DNA of 64,000 nt. Source: Adineta vaga. Its lineage: Eukaryota; Animalia; Rotifera. The stretch lies in contig CP075494.1 of assembly GCA_021613535.1 (NCBI GenBank), positions 14,694,001-14,758,000 of the forward strand, given 5' to 3'. The notes beneath the pieces are model-generated. The model saw only the letters and a list, made by a program, of their open reading frames with translations. It ran no database searches and was not told the origin of the DNA. Made by a program: the position numbers and the translations under genes. Each line of letters begins with the position of its first letter. The first letter of the stretch is position 1. Positions 50,853 to 64,000 of the stretch are shown piece after piece.

Positions 50853-51311
50853 ATTTTGTGTTTTTCTTTTGTTATAAAATAAAGAAAATTCAACAAATTA
50901 TACGAGTAAATATTCTTTTTTCTAATAGATAGTCATGAAATTCATAAGTTGAAAGATTAAACATACGCAAATACAATGTGAATTTGTTTCGACTAATCGT
51001 GTAGGTCATATGATTGACTCATTATATTAGTGTTTTTGTTTTTCTCTACGTTTGAGTACAAAAACATTGATACATTTTCATGATTGATAATAAAAAGAAA
51101 GGTACTATGAAAAGTGATGTCATAGGGGAAAAATATTTTGATTCGATTTCCCGTCGATTGTATGTGTACGCGCGCAGAAAATGGCGAACATTCTCGTTCT
51201 TTTCAAATTATTGATCCTGTACGCGAGAGAGAAAGAAAAGTATATATTCGAAAGGGAGGGTGTGCGTCGATCATTTCATTTATCTTTGTTTACACGATCG
51301 AATACGCTTGT

Positions 51312-53306
51312 ATGTCATCCGTAAGTAACAACATGTTCTTCTGCTAGATACATTTCGGTTGTTATTTATATCTAGTTTAAACGTTTATATCCTTCTACAT
51401 CAATTCTATGCACGAGTCGAACAGCACAATTATTTAAGAAAAAAATTTATTATCAATCGACTAGTGTATCAGCAGCAGCACATACAAATGAAGAGAAAAA
51501 TGTAAAAACAAATTATCCATTACTTGATACAAAATTCAATCAATATCGAATTGCTTATCGGTATCGACGTAGTATTGAACTATTGCGGGGCTACTTTGTT
51601 TATCGATTGTTCTCAATCAATTTACTGGTTACTAATCAAACGAAAGTAATATTCTTAAACATTTTGATTGAACAGTCTAGATTTTTCTACGACGAATTTT
51701 ATTTAGATTGCTCAATGGGGTCAACGTATTCTTGGCACTCATTTATTCAATGCTATTTTAAAATTAACAGTCTTTGGACATTTTGTTGGAGGTGAAACTC
51801 CTCGAGAAATTACATCTGTTATCGACCGTTTACAAGAATACGGTGTTAAACCAATTCTAGATTACAGTGTCGAAAGTGATGATGGTGGTACTTCGTTAAC
51901 ATCGTAAATTTTGTTAAATAACTGAGATTTTTCAACTCATATATATATATATATATATTCATATGTAGTACTGATGATATCAACCGTATGCATGATCATA
52001 ATATGAATAAGTTTATTGAATGTATCAAAACATCGCATAATGTTTGCGGACCAAATAATTTAGTGGCAATCAAAGTAACAGCTCTGATACAACCGAGCGT
52101 TTTGAAAAAATTCAATGCATTTATAAAATCAATACGAAATCATTTATCATTACCATCTCTATTTGAATTAATCAATCGGGAACAAAATCAAGAGAAAACG
52201 ATTGAATCATTTGAACAATTGATGAAAACATATCTTGATAAAACTCAAGTAAATGTTGTTAAACAGACTTTCTTATATATATATATATATATAATTTTTT
52301 CGAACTTTTAGAGTAATATGCCTGATAACGTAGTTTTCACTCATAATGAATTATTGGAGATTGTCAATCTTCTTATACGTTTAAATAAAATTGCACAAGT
52401 AAGATCGAAATTTTTGTTTTTGATTTTATTTATCTGAGAATAAACTTGTTTGTTTTAGGCGTCCGTTGAAGAAAATATCTCAATAATGGTTGATGCTGAA
52501 CAAACATATTTTCAATCGGCAATTAACTATCTTGCGAATGAATTACAACGATATTATAATAAAGATAATTCTGCATTTATCTACGGAACATATCAGTGTT
52601 ATTTAAAAGTAAATTATCTTTGTTACCTTCTATATTTCTAGGATGAAATTTGTGTAGGAAACATTAACATCTTTAAAACATGATCTTCAACAAGCCGAAA
52701 AGTATGGGTATATATTTGCCGCTAAACTTGTACGTGGTGCCTATATGGAACAAGAACGTCGATTAGCTCAAGAACATGGATATGAAGATCCAGTTAATCC
52801 AGATTTTGGAGCAACATCAAAAATGTATCATACATGTCTTGATGAAGTATTAAAAAGTACTGAAAAGCGTGATTCAAATCAAGTTCGAATTGTAATTGCA
52901 TCACATAATGAAGATACGATCCGATATGCTATTCAAAAGTAAATAAATCATCCGATTTATTTCAATACAGTATGAGAATTTTTGATTTAGAATGAAGGAT
53001 CTTAATATACGTCGTGGTTCATCGCTAGTTTCATTTGCATCATTATATGGAATGAGTGATTACGTTGCTTTTGCTTTAGGTAATTATAATTAAGAATTTT
53101 CAATACAATTCATATCATTTCGTTTGTTTACAGCAAATTCTGGTTATAAGACATACAAATATTTACCATATGGACCAGTTGAATCATTACAACCATATTT
53201 ATTTCGACGTGCGCAAGAAAATAGGTCAATGTTTGAAAAAGCTGACAAAGATCGACGTCTTCATTTTAAAGCATTGAAAGATCGAGTTTTACATCCAAAA
53301 GTTTAA
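51312..53306 (+). CDS. PRODH: Mitochondrial proline dehydrogenase
   Basis: HFVGGE, ILDYSVE, AIKVTAL, MVDAEQTYFQ, TYQCYLK, KLVRGAYMEQER, ASHNEDT and YKYLPYGPV. The N-terminus resembles a mitochondrial presequence. Confidence 0.93.
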
Positions 53307-54611
53307 TATATTTTTATTTCTTATGTCTTCTGTCTTTTACACTGTTAGCTTTTCATTTCGATTAATATAATAAAATCAAAAGAGAATCTTGGTTAAAAAC
53401 ACTTCATAAGATAATCCATTCGACTATTTATTGCTCTGTTTCAAAAGAATCTATATTTCATTATTGCAAAATTAATTTAAATATGAATGTTACTCACACT
53501 TCATCAATAGAACTTTTGGTTGATAAGAAGTTTATCAGTTGCTTGATAGTACTATGCTTACAAGAAAATACTGGATTTCATTATAATGCTGGTATTATTT
53601 AGAATTTATGTTAAATATTTTATGAAAAGCTTTTTTTGACACGTAGGTTATCTTACCGTCCGATTCGAATTTTTCTCGAAAATATTCGCCTATAGGTTAG
53701 ACCAACGTTAGACTAAGATAGAACTCGACGAGCTTTATTGGCTGAATATCGTGGTTACTCTTTTGGAATAAACTATAGTAGTAACAGTTACTAATTAGTC
53801 ACTTTTGCATTAGAGCGAGTTTATTAAGTAATTCTTGTAATGTACGTAAAGGATGAACCAGATTAGACTGTCATTAGACTATGACACATCTGAATGAGTT
53901 CTGTCGGAAGAATATCTTCTCGGAATAAGTTGCATCTGTGGTGTATTGCAAATAAGTTACTACTCTTATCCTAAAAGTGTAGTATAAACAGTCAATGAAA
54001 AAAGGCACTTTAAAATGATTTTTTGTGTTTGAAAAACGCTTGTTTTTGTGTCATGATTTTGTCCTACATTAACAAATGTTCTTCTTTTTTAGATCAGGTT
54101 TGAAACATCCATCGGAATACATCCATAATGTAAAGCATGACTAAAAGAATCTTTTTCATCTTGTTTTAATACATTCAAGACTAGTCCATGTTAGTATTTA
54201 TACTATTAAAGCTGATACATGAACGGCTACTTAAGAAAACGGACGAAAACCAGGAACATTCACATGCCATTATAGAAGAATATAATAGTATAGCCCGATG
54301 TTAACGAAGGTAGAATCTATATCTCTCATTTCGATCTTATGTACACATGTTTCTCGTCATAGAGCACACTCAAAAAAATACTTTTCTTAAGTTTTCTCTC
54401 TCTTATCCTTTTTTCTTTGGTCTATTTCTTTCTATGCAAAAATATAATAACCTAATATATCCATCTCCAATCTGATCGAAGTTTCTACTATAGTAAAACT
54501 GAGATCATAAATGACTGGAACGAAGAAAAAAAATGTGTAGAGAAACGTCGAATTTGTTCATTATATTATTCGTTTATAATAAACGAAAACGTCTGTTAGG
54601 CTAGATGTTAG

Positions 54612-55184
54612 GATCTGTTATATGAATTTTTCAAATGTATCACTGTACATGCAACAAGATTTATGAACATCCTTCCCAAGTATCGGTGAAAATTTATTGT
54701 TTTGAATTTTTATCTGTGGTTTCTGGTTTAGGTTGGGATGTAAGAAAATGCATGATGATCGTTTGCAACAGGTGGATGTTCAACAACAACAAAGTCAAGT
54801 CAATGCTGTGTCACTAGTTGCTAATGAACCTAGATTTACACATTCAGTAGATCTTAATCAACTTACACAAGGATCCAAACAGTTTCGATAGCCATCTTCT
54901 GTTTCAATTGAATCAACGTTAGAAATAATTGTTTTGTTGTTAGTTAATATTCATCAATTCTGTATTTAGATTAATAAGCCAAAGATATCATGAAGGATAC
55001 TCCAATAGCTCATCGACAATTAAACATTTTGGAACAAGCAATTGTCCCGTACGAACACCACAAACATTGTAAATCATGGTTCTATGATTCTGGATTCATA
55101 TATATTCCTCTGTTTTGTTCTAGATGTAATCTTAATGACCAAAATCATTTTAACCGTGTATTACCAATACAACCATCAACATGA
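54612..55184 (+). pseudogene. Possible multi-exon gene fragment with an in-frame TAG
   Basis: Four segments bounded by AG/GT splice into one frame except for TAG at 54889-54891. No recognisable domain. Confidence 0.3.
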
Positions 55185-55763
55185 GATGTACTAGTAGTTG
55201 TGATTAGATGTTCAATAAAGAAAAAAGAGTACTCAAAACAAGAATTACCATTACAACTTCGTTCAGATATTGCTATTCGAATACCCTCAAGTAAAATTAT
55301 ATACAATAAATCTGCCCAAAAATTTGTTTAGAGTTTATAACAAAAGAAAGGTGAAAATTACTCATTTGTAGTCGAAAGACACAAGGAAGAATTGTTTATG
55401 ATATGTCATTAAAGAATGATTCATCGATTGTGTAGTTTTCTATGAATCAGTCACTAAGTTAATTATATCAATATTTTACCATCCGAAATACGAATAGATT
55501 TTAATTCATGAGCAATCTATACATGTACAACTTTGACACTATTGAATATGCAGATAAAATTATATTATTAATAAAATAAGAATGAAAAAGAAAAGGAAGA
55601 GAGATTCTTTTTTTTTCTTCAAATCAAAATCCATGTTAAAACGAAAATAAAATGAAAAAACAAAAAAGGAAGCATCCGATATAAAACTATTCCAAGATTA
55701 ATAAATGTCATTAGACTAGCTACAAAAAATATTAGATGAAATGTACATTTTTTATATCAAAGA

Positions 55764-57089
55764 TTAGCTTTCAACAGTTGTTCTTTGTTCTTCACGTGGT
55801 ACAGGAATAGGTCTTTCTACATCTACAGGTGGATCTCGTGGCACAGCTAATAAATAATTTTCGTTTAAATAATATTGTTTTTCTATCATTTATATAACTT
55901 ACCTGAATAAGTATCACTTGGTTTATCATCTCTCGTTTGTTCATTTCGAAGCTTTTTATAATATAGAAAGACAATGATCAATGCTCCTGCAACAGCAAGC
56001 ACACAAGCAATAGGCACCACAACAGACACAGTTCGTTTAGTTGCCGGTGAATAATGTAAAGTTTTAGAATGACGCTGTCTATCATTGAAAACATTATTAC
56101 CATATCCACCGGATTGCTCTTGATTGAATTCTCTATTAAAGAAAAATAAGAAGAAAATACGTATGATTTAAAAATTTTTTTCAACGAACTGTGCATTGCA
56201 ACAATATTGATAATTTGATTGTCCACAGCAATATTGATCAAGTTGATTCATACCTGAACCAGGTGGTAATGGACATGGAAATTTACCAAATGTATATCCA
56301 TTAAAATTTTGAAAATTCGTACACATTGATCCACGTCGTTGTTGAGCTAGAATAATATGAGCAAGATATGTTGTTTTTCTTTCAAGACAAATATTTACCA
56401 CTCAATTGATCAATATTAAATGCTTTTTCACCTCTACTAGCATATTGCTTAGCTACTTTTTGAAGAAAAAATGCACCACCATCTTCTCTTCGAGGTAAAT
56501 TGCCCATGCTTTGCAAACTTATTCATGATAAAAATAGAGAATACAATATGTGACATCAATCAAATTTCGATTTACCTGCTAGGCGGTGCATTTTTTCCAT
56601 CTATCATATTGCTTTTATCTGATTGACCATTCTGATTTGAAACCCAATATTGATATTTCGTATCAAACCATCCAGATGGTTTATTACCCTCAAATGACGG
56701 TGGCTTAAAATCTGGACTACTATAGAATCCACGACCACGAATTGGTTGTCGTTGTCCTTGAGATGTTGGTAACAAATTATTATTTGACTGTTGTGCTTGT
56801 TGATTATTCAGACTATTTGAAGAGACGATAGAATTTAGATTGTTTGCCGGATTAAATTGCATATTTTTTGATGATACTGAGCCATCAGGATTTCTTGATA
56901 GACCACCCTGAATACGGTTACTATCACCTGTTGCTTGTCGTCGTCGACGATCAGCATTGGCTTCAGTCAATTCTAGGGAATATAAAGAAATTTTTTTGAA
57001 ACATAAATTTTTATATGATTTTTACCATTTATACAACAGATCAACAATATTAGTGGCAATATCAGCTGTCGATACGATGTAGCATACAT
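55764..57089 (-). CDS. Shisa-like single-pass membrane protein (6 exons)
   Basis: Signal peptide, Asn/Gln-rich region, Cys module C...FPCP...YCCG...YCC, TM VSVVVPIACVLAVAGALIIVFLYY and a Pro-rich tail. Confidence 0.75.
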
Positions 57090-57592
57090 GATAGTTGAAG
57101 TTTTTAATCAATTTTCTTTTTCTTCGTATTTCTTTACTGTCGCTTTGTATGTCAAAAGAAATATACTTTAGTTCTTTTTTTTCTGTTTTTTTCTTTCTCG
57201 CCTCCTTCTTACTCACCACCACTACTGTTCTCCCGTTTTTTTTCTTCTCTGAGGACCATGACCTTTTTTTTCTATAACATACAAATTATGTTTTCATATT
57301 TCTTCGTTCAGTTTCTCTCTTCTTCGATTTGGAATAAATTTTTTTCTCTCTCAAACTTTCGTTTGTCACCATTTTTGTCCTTTTTTGCGGTGCTGCCAGT
57401 TTTATTTTCATAATATGACGCATACTCTTGCTCTTTATCGTCAATTCGTCATGATTACTAAAAATTTTTTTCCTTTCCATCGCTTTCGTATTGAAGAACC
57501 GACAAAATTCAATAGTGCAAATAGTCTACGACGGTTAAAATGAGTAATTCAACTTTATTCATTCAACAAAATAAGTAAATAAATATGAATAA

Positions 57593-58537
57593 TTATCTCA
57601 AAGCAGGAAACTCATCACTAAAAAGTAACAGTTTACGGCAAAGAGGACATGTTCGTTCGATTTTAAACCATTCTTCAAGACATACACGATGAAATGTATG
57701 ATTACATGGAAATGTTTCCGTATTTTTCAAATGTAAATCTTCTAAACAAATCAAACATTGATCTTCTACGGCAGTTGTATGATTGTTGTCTTTCGATTTC
57801 TTTAATGATTGTTCACGTTCTCGATATCGTTTAAACGTGCTCCATAGTGCAGAAGCAACGGATTGTTCGATTTGATCATCGAAAGAATGCTTTAAAGAAC
57901 GAAATTAATTATTGAATGATTTATGAGATGAAATGCACTTACTTGATTTGGAGTGGTGTCAATGTCAATCTGAAAAATATAATAAAACAAGAATATTGAA
58001 GAACGAAAAGCAAGAGATTTTATTGACTTGTTTTGATGGATATTTGTTTCGAACAATATTTAGAACACCTTCTTCAATCTGTGATAAACTTAATCCAGCT
58101 AATGTTTGCTGTTCTTGACGATAGGCATATATTGCTTCAGTAAAATCAGATCTATTGAAAAAGAAATGAATTAGAGAAAAAATTCTTAAATTTTACATAC
58201 CTACTTCATATATTCGGGATGAGTTTTAGTTAAATATAACATTAGTTTTTCGAATGTCGATAGTTCGAATGTTTCTTTTGAAAGACCAGGAGGAATATTT
58301 TTCTTAGTATTCTAATAAAAAAACGAAATTAATCAATGATAATTTCGATTACTCTATCTATCAAGAATAAGACTTTTAAACAAATTATTTCTACACTATG
58401 TGATAGTTACAGTTAATTTACATTTCATTCGTTCTACTTATCATGACTACGCATATAAAATCATCTCTTTCGTACTAAATATTAATTTCTACCTGTTTAC
58501 GATTATTCTCGCCATATTTTCGTTGTTGCGTAGACAT
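57593..58537 (-). CDS. RING-H2 E3 ligase, similar to the DZIP3/TTC3 C-terminal region
   Basis: CLICLEDL...CNHTFHRVCLEEWFKIERTCPLCR, preceded by TLAGLSLSQIEEGV and followed by DEFPAL. Confidence 0.8.
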
Positions 58538-58760
58538 ATTTCGAATGGTCAATAGAAACGTAATATAGGTTTATATCTAAAGCATATAATATATCAACAA
58601 AATATATATTTCTGATTGTCTGTCAGATTTTGCTTTTTCTTTATCTGTGTTATTTTGTATGACTTAATAACAAAAGAAAAATAAATGTTTACATATCGAA
58701 AGGAAATGAAGAAGTGTAACACGGACAACTAGAATATGAAAAGAAGACAAGATATCGTGA

Positions 58761-61003
58761 TTACTCTCCTTTTGGTATGAAATGTTCATTGATAATATCG
58801 AATATTTGTTTACGTTTTGATGTACCCATCGAATTTTGTTCACACCAATTGGCAAATGTTGCTGATGATTGAAGATTAATTGTAGGTGAACGATGTGCAA
58901 AAAAACTTTCAATATATTGCAAAATAAATAGACCACAATCGAAATAATTTGGTTGTTGTGGTACAGCAGCTTCAATTGCTGGTATTGTATCTAAGTTGAA
59001 GATTTTTCGTGCTGATGAACCAACAGGTAAGGGTTTTTTATGATCATATTCAAGTTGAAGAAATTCACGTAATGTCGCAGCAACACGATTTTTAGGACCA
59101 GTACGTAAAGAATCGAAAAGAATTATTGCTGGTGTTTGAGAACGATTTTTGCCAGTTTCTATCAACTTTTCATTGTCCGTACTGGCTTCATCTGCTTCAT
59201 CAACAATTTCAATTGTTCGAATATCAGATTTCGACGTTTCTTTTTCATGAGTACCATTAATAACAATCGAGTCGTTCAATTTCTTCTTTTTAGATTTCAA
59301 TTGCTCATCTAAATCATATGTTAAATGAAAACTATTTCCTTGTTGACAATCAATTCCTTACCATGTTTACCACTATCATCATCATCATCATCATCACTGA
59401 TTAGATCACCTTCAGTTGGAACATTATTATGAAATTGAATAAGTACAATATACCAATGAGCTGTTTGATTGATTGGTACAATTAGATAATCTTTTGAAAA
59501 TATATCTACATCACGAAGCCATCTTTTCACTCGACTATAACGTCGTTCAGCCGGCCTTTTCCAAAGATATTAAATAGATAATGATTTTCCAATACTAAAT
59601 CTACTTACGAAATATCGGATGTATCATCATTACTTTTCCGTGTTAATCGTGTGTAGAAAAACGAATTGAATAAATATGTACGTTGACGATCTTCTTCCGA
59701 AAGTTTTTCATAATAGACATATCTATTCAATCGAGAAAAACAATGAAGACACTCGAACTAAAAATGATTTGTCTATTACTGTAAGTAAAAATCAATAATA
59801 TTGTCATTGAGAAATTCACCCTCGTTTAAACACATTAAATCATCACGAGATAAATCAAATCGAATTGTATTATGATTCAAACCAACTGTTTTTGGACTTC
59901 TAGAAAAACAACAATAAAATAGAATCTGTTTATAATCAACATAAACTTCATAGGATTTAACGCTGTAATACACATGAAACGAGATAAGAAAGAGGCGTCC
60001 TTCAAATTGTGGTTTTCGTCAATATTTAAAATGAACTTACAGATCATTCGCCTTAAGTACGAATGGTGTTGTAATGGAACCTAATGCTGATACTTTGGCA
60101 AATCGAGATAAATTGTAGAGTTCTTGAGCTTTTGAGCCACTTATACAACAGATATTCTTGAAAAAGGAAAGATGATATGATTAGCAAAAGATAATATAGA
60201 GAATTTACTTACTAATCCAGAAGATTTCGCTTTTAAATAATGATAAATTGATGCAATATTTGCTTTTTCGATGTCTGCTTCTAAATGTTTCAAACAGAAA
60301 AGAATTCGGCGTCTTCTTTCATCTAGACAATGATCAAGATCAATTATATTTATATGAAAATTTCTAATAAACCTTTAGAATTCGGATCGAATTGTTTTCC
60401 TTGTTCATCTGATGATGGAATAAATTTTGCAAACAATTCCGCAAACTCTGGTCGTACTTGAATAAATGCAGCTGGTGGTTGGGATTGAAAGGAGAAGTAA
60501 AATGATAAAATGTCTGTATATGCTAATTTGATATTTAAATTTTCCATAAAAATACCTGAAAAACGATTCGAATGAAACGATATTTTCTTCGTAAATATTT
60601 TACTTTTTAGTTTTAATTCAAATTCAGTTTCTTTCATAACAATTATTTCTGATTCAACACTGTATTCAACAACACCAAAACGAACTGCCGAACAATGAAG
60701 TTCGTAAGGTTTTTTAATTAAATCTGCAGGCTTTACAGATAATTCTGGTATACGTATGATATCTTTACGATGAATTATCCAATCAGATGTTTGACTTTTG
60801 GGAGTTCCATTCATTGTCGTAGATGCTTGTTGTTTCACAGGGGTAATCACCGGTACATCCATCGCCGTTTTATTGTTATTATTATCATCACCATCATCAT
60901 CATCGCTCAAGCAGATGACTAATAAGATCGATCAATGAATGAGAATGAAAATGAAATGTTAGTAAAAGTTACCTTCAGGTTGAGGTGTGGATTTTTTGGC
61001 CAT
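58761..61003 (-). CDS. SUMO-specific protease (C48), SENP6/7-like
   Basis: DLMCLNEGEFLNDNIIDFYL, FNSFFYTRL, VDIFSKDYLIVPINQTAHW, ILFDSL and PQQPNYFDCGLFILQYIESF. Confidence 0.9.
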
Positions 61004-61985
61004 GTGACCGTTGGTTATGATTAATTCATGATTAATTCGCTAAAAAGATTCGATGAAATTAGTAAAAAACAAAATGATTGATGTTTACTTTTCGATTACT
61101 ATAAAAAGAAATTATGGGAAGATTATTTGTCGACGACAGATTGATAGTTTGAAGCTCTGAAAAAAAGGAAGAGAAATTTTCGAATTCAAAGAAAAAAGTT
61201 GCTTACGTAAAGAGGAAGACTAATGAATTGAATTCGACAGTAGTTTGTAAAAGTTGATAGATCAAAGTTGAGATATTTTGCATTCGAGTAGAAAAATATA
61301 CGAAATTTGTTTTAGTTCGGTTGATGAAAACGTAATATAAAGGAATGACTGGATGATCGTTATTTATCCAATACGTTATTTTAATAAAGTAAATCAACAG
61401 ATGGCGTAAGATTTGTAGGGAAAAAAAGAAATATTATGTATTCTATATGAGTATAAACATACAACTGATCGTTTATTGGAAAGAAACTGAAAGCTTTTGG
61501 GTCTCATTGCATAAGTTCGATATATAATTGCTTTATTGAACAAAGGTAATTGAATATAATAACATTTTAGTCAAGATTTATACAGAGACATAATTCATTT
61601 TTATCCAACAGTTCACGTGTCTAAAGAATAATCTTCATAACATTTTTCTTTGAAATTCTACTGATTTGCGGGATGGGTGAGAAGTGAAGGTATAGGCGTA
61701 TTATCTACACCCATACCCTGATACTTTATGTGTACGACATGAGCAGCATTTATTTTGTCAATGAATAATGTCATCTTGCTTAACGTTCAGCCATATTTGT
61801 TGAATACTGGTATTTCAAAAAATATAAGGCGAGTATTGTTATACACATTACTTTTGCTTGATGATGTGTACTAGTGACATCTTATGTCCCATTTGTTTTA
61901 AGTAGTCGTAGTAACGAGATAGATGATGAATGTTAAGAAAAAGAAAAAAACATAAGTGTCAAATATTTATTTAAATTCTAATAAA

Positions 61986-62578
61986 ATGAGTGATGTTGTT
62001 GGAACTTGGCAAGTTGCACTTTCCGATGGTATTCATAAAGTTGAATTTGAACAGTATGACTAAACGAAAAGTTTTAGAAATTTTCGATTTTTGAAATTTA
62101 TTCTTTTACTAGTGGCACAACATCTGGTAAACGTGTAATTCGTATTGATGGAAAAGAAACTCTTCGTCGTGATTGGCTTTTTAAACTTGTTGGCAAAGAG
62201 CCTTTTAAAATTGGTAAACATCAATGTACAATTAATATCGATGCGATCAGTGGTTTTGCTTATGAATATACTCTTGATGTTGATGGAAAACCTTTAGAAA
62301 AGTTCAGTGAGAATCGTTCGAAAATTAGTCGAACTTGGACATTATCACTCGATGGTGTGGATTACCGTGTTGTATTAGAAAAAGATACGTTAGATGTGTG
62401 GGTTAATGGTCAACGTATTGAAGCGAATGCTGAATTTACTGAAGACGGAACAGAAACGGCTTTTGATATTGCTGGTCATGCTGCTATTTTAAAAGCTGTT
62501 TCGACAGGCTATCGTCGACAAGGAATTAATCATGTATTATTTGTTGATGGAAATGAAATTCCTATCGCAAAAGAATAA
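61986..62578 (+). CDS. FAIM: Fas apoptotic inhibitory molecule (intron 62054-62112)
   Basis: WQVALSDGIHKVEFEHGTTSGKRVI...WLFKLVGKE...DYRVVLEKDTLDVWVNG...FTEDGTET. Confidence 0.93.
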
Positions 62579-62898
62579 TGTTGAAATAAAAATAGCAAAC
62601 AAATCGTTTTTTTTTAAAATTATATTGTATATCAATGTGTATTTACTTTGTTTAATCTAAAGAAATATATGTTGTCAGTGATCTATTTTTTTTTAGATTC
62701 AATAATTGAAAATCTTATTTCTTTTGAGGCATTGCTTCAAATGATTTCTGCTAAGATGAATCATTATTTTGCGTTTAATACAAAGTATAATTTATATTCA
62801 CAAACCTTTTTATTGATAAGTAAAGATTCGAATAGATATTGATGTACTGAATATAACTAATCAGATGTGATTTTGTTTGTATAAAAATACGGTTTAAT

Positions 62899-63556
62899 AT
62901 GGTTGAAAAACCGCATTTTGTTTCTTATTTAGAAGAAGCATTAATTAGTTAGTTTCGTGTTCGATTTATTTATCTTGACTGAACATCTTTTTCGCTTTTT
63001 AATTGCGTTTTTAGAAGCAATTAAAACGTTTACTCATCATGAAAGACCGTTTCAAAAAACTCACCAAGAACACATTACAGATTTATCAAAACTTCTTGAG
63101 GTTTATAAAGATATGAAAGAATCGAAAATCAAAAAGATGACGACAGTACCACAATTAATGAACGATCTTTCTCCTGAAAGTGAACTTGTTCGTGGCTTGA
63201 GATTAATTAGTATTGATATTGAAGAAGAACAAAAGATTTCTAATGGTATTCAAGAAGTAATGAATAGAGAACTATCAAAATTTTCTTCATCTTTAGAAGA
63301 ATTTATTCGAACTATTCTAAATATTGCATCAGAAAAATGTCAAGCAGCATTACAATTAACAACTGAATTATTTTCTGATGCCAACTCAAATGATTATTTT
63401 GTAATAACAGTAGTACCCGATAATGATACTGCAGACAAATTTATACTATCGAAAGATTCACATATTCTTCGATGGCCTACTAGTCCAGCAAAACCATGGG
63501 AAACTCCTAGGGAACAAGTTTTGGATATTAATAATTTATATTTAAATAAGAAGTAA
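62899..63556 (+). CDS. Hypothetical helical protein (short first exon plus long second exon)
   Basis: ATG at 62899 splices in frame through a GT-AG intron to a long ORF. No domain recognised. Confidence 0.5.
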
Positions 63557-64000
63557 TCTTATAGTGTTTGATTTCTTTTTCCGTTCAATGACTGAAACTC
63601 AAGTTCATTGTTTTTATCAAGCAGAGTATATGAAGAGAACACTAGAAACAATTTCCTCATGATTTATGTTTAATGGTGATCTTTAAAATGTAATTGTTGA
63701 AGTGTAAAATTCATGATGTATAGAGAAAAGTACTTACGTTGTTGAAAGAAATCAACGAAATGAGATCTGGAGCATATTCGCACCAGATTTTCGACTCTTT
63801 TCTAAGCTAAGTTATATTTATCATTCAATGAATAAAGTATCTAGATCAATTATTTACGGATAGTTCTATATTTGAGGTATCTGTACAGTGAATACATACG
63901 TGTCGTTTGATTAAATAAGGAAAAATAAGCGCATAATGACATCCCAACAGATGAGATATCATTCCACATCGTTGATCATGAATAGTTCTCTTTTAAACAC

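Noticed and set aside
61902-61915. Possible X-box GTAGTCGTAGTAAC upstream of FAIM
   Set aside because: Only one half-site is good, which is insufficient without conservation data.
63580-64000. Possible minus-strand exons at the window end
   Set aside because: Splice-like signals are present, but I could not build a consistent frame or recognise a product.

Overview
AT-rich, gene-dense animal genomic DNA with many short (about 50-65 nt) GT-AG introns. Composition, intron size and gene content suggest a bdelloid rotifer, which is an inference. Conserved genes, in order: cyclin B, ARL2BP, an alpha/beta hydrolase, a small membrane protein, two copies of a WxxW-domain trypsin-like protease, Wnt5, muscle myosin heavy chain, CCDC153, IFT22, PPIH, a PAM2-motif protein, G-beta, ZNF622/REI1, PRODH, a Shisa-like protein, a RING-H2 E3, a SENP6/7-like protease and FAIM. 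The ~13 kb between the protease copies is an accessory island of transposon remnants (TIR elements, MITEs, pogo and MULE fragments). It holds the most striking feature, largely missed by the ORF track: an intact minus-strand F-box gene whose LRR domain is a perfect 141-bp array. Each unit is an 84-nt phase-0 exon (one 28-aa LRR) plus a near-identical 57-nt intron. Variation concentrates on predicted ligand-facing residues and the repeats are mosaic, making it a candidate recombination- or splicing-diversified intracellular recognition system. Other highlights: myosin mutually exclusive exons with one option split by an intron, a 7-nt microexon, a gene-conversion-like identity boundary between the protease paralogues, and an X-box-led IFT22-CCDC153 operon-like pair. 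All exon structures were inferred by eye.
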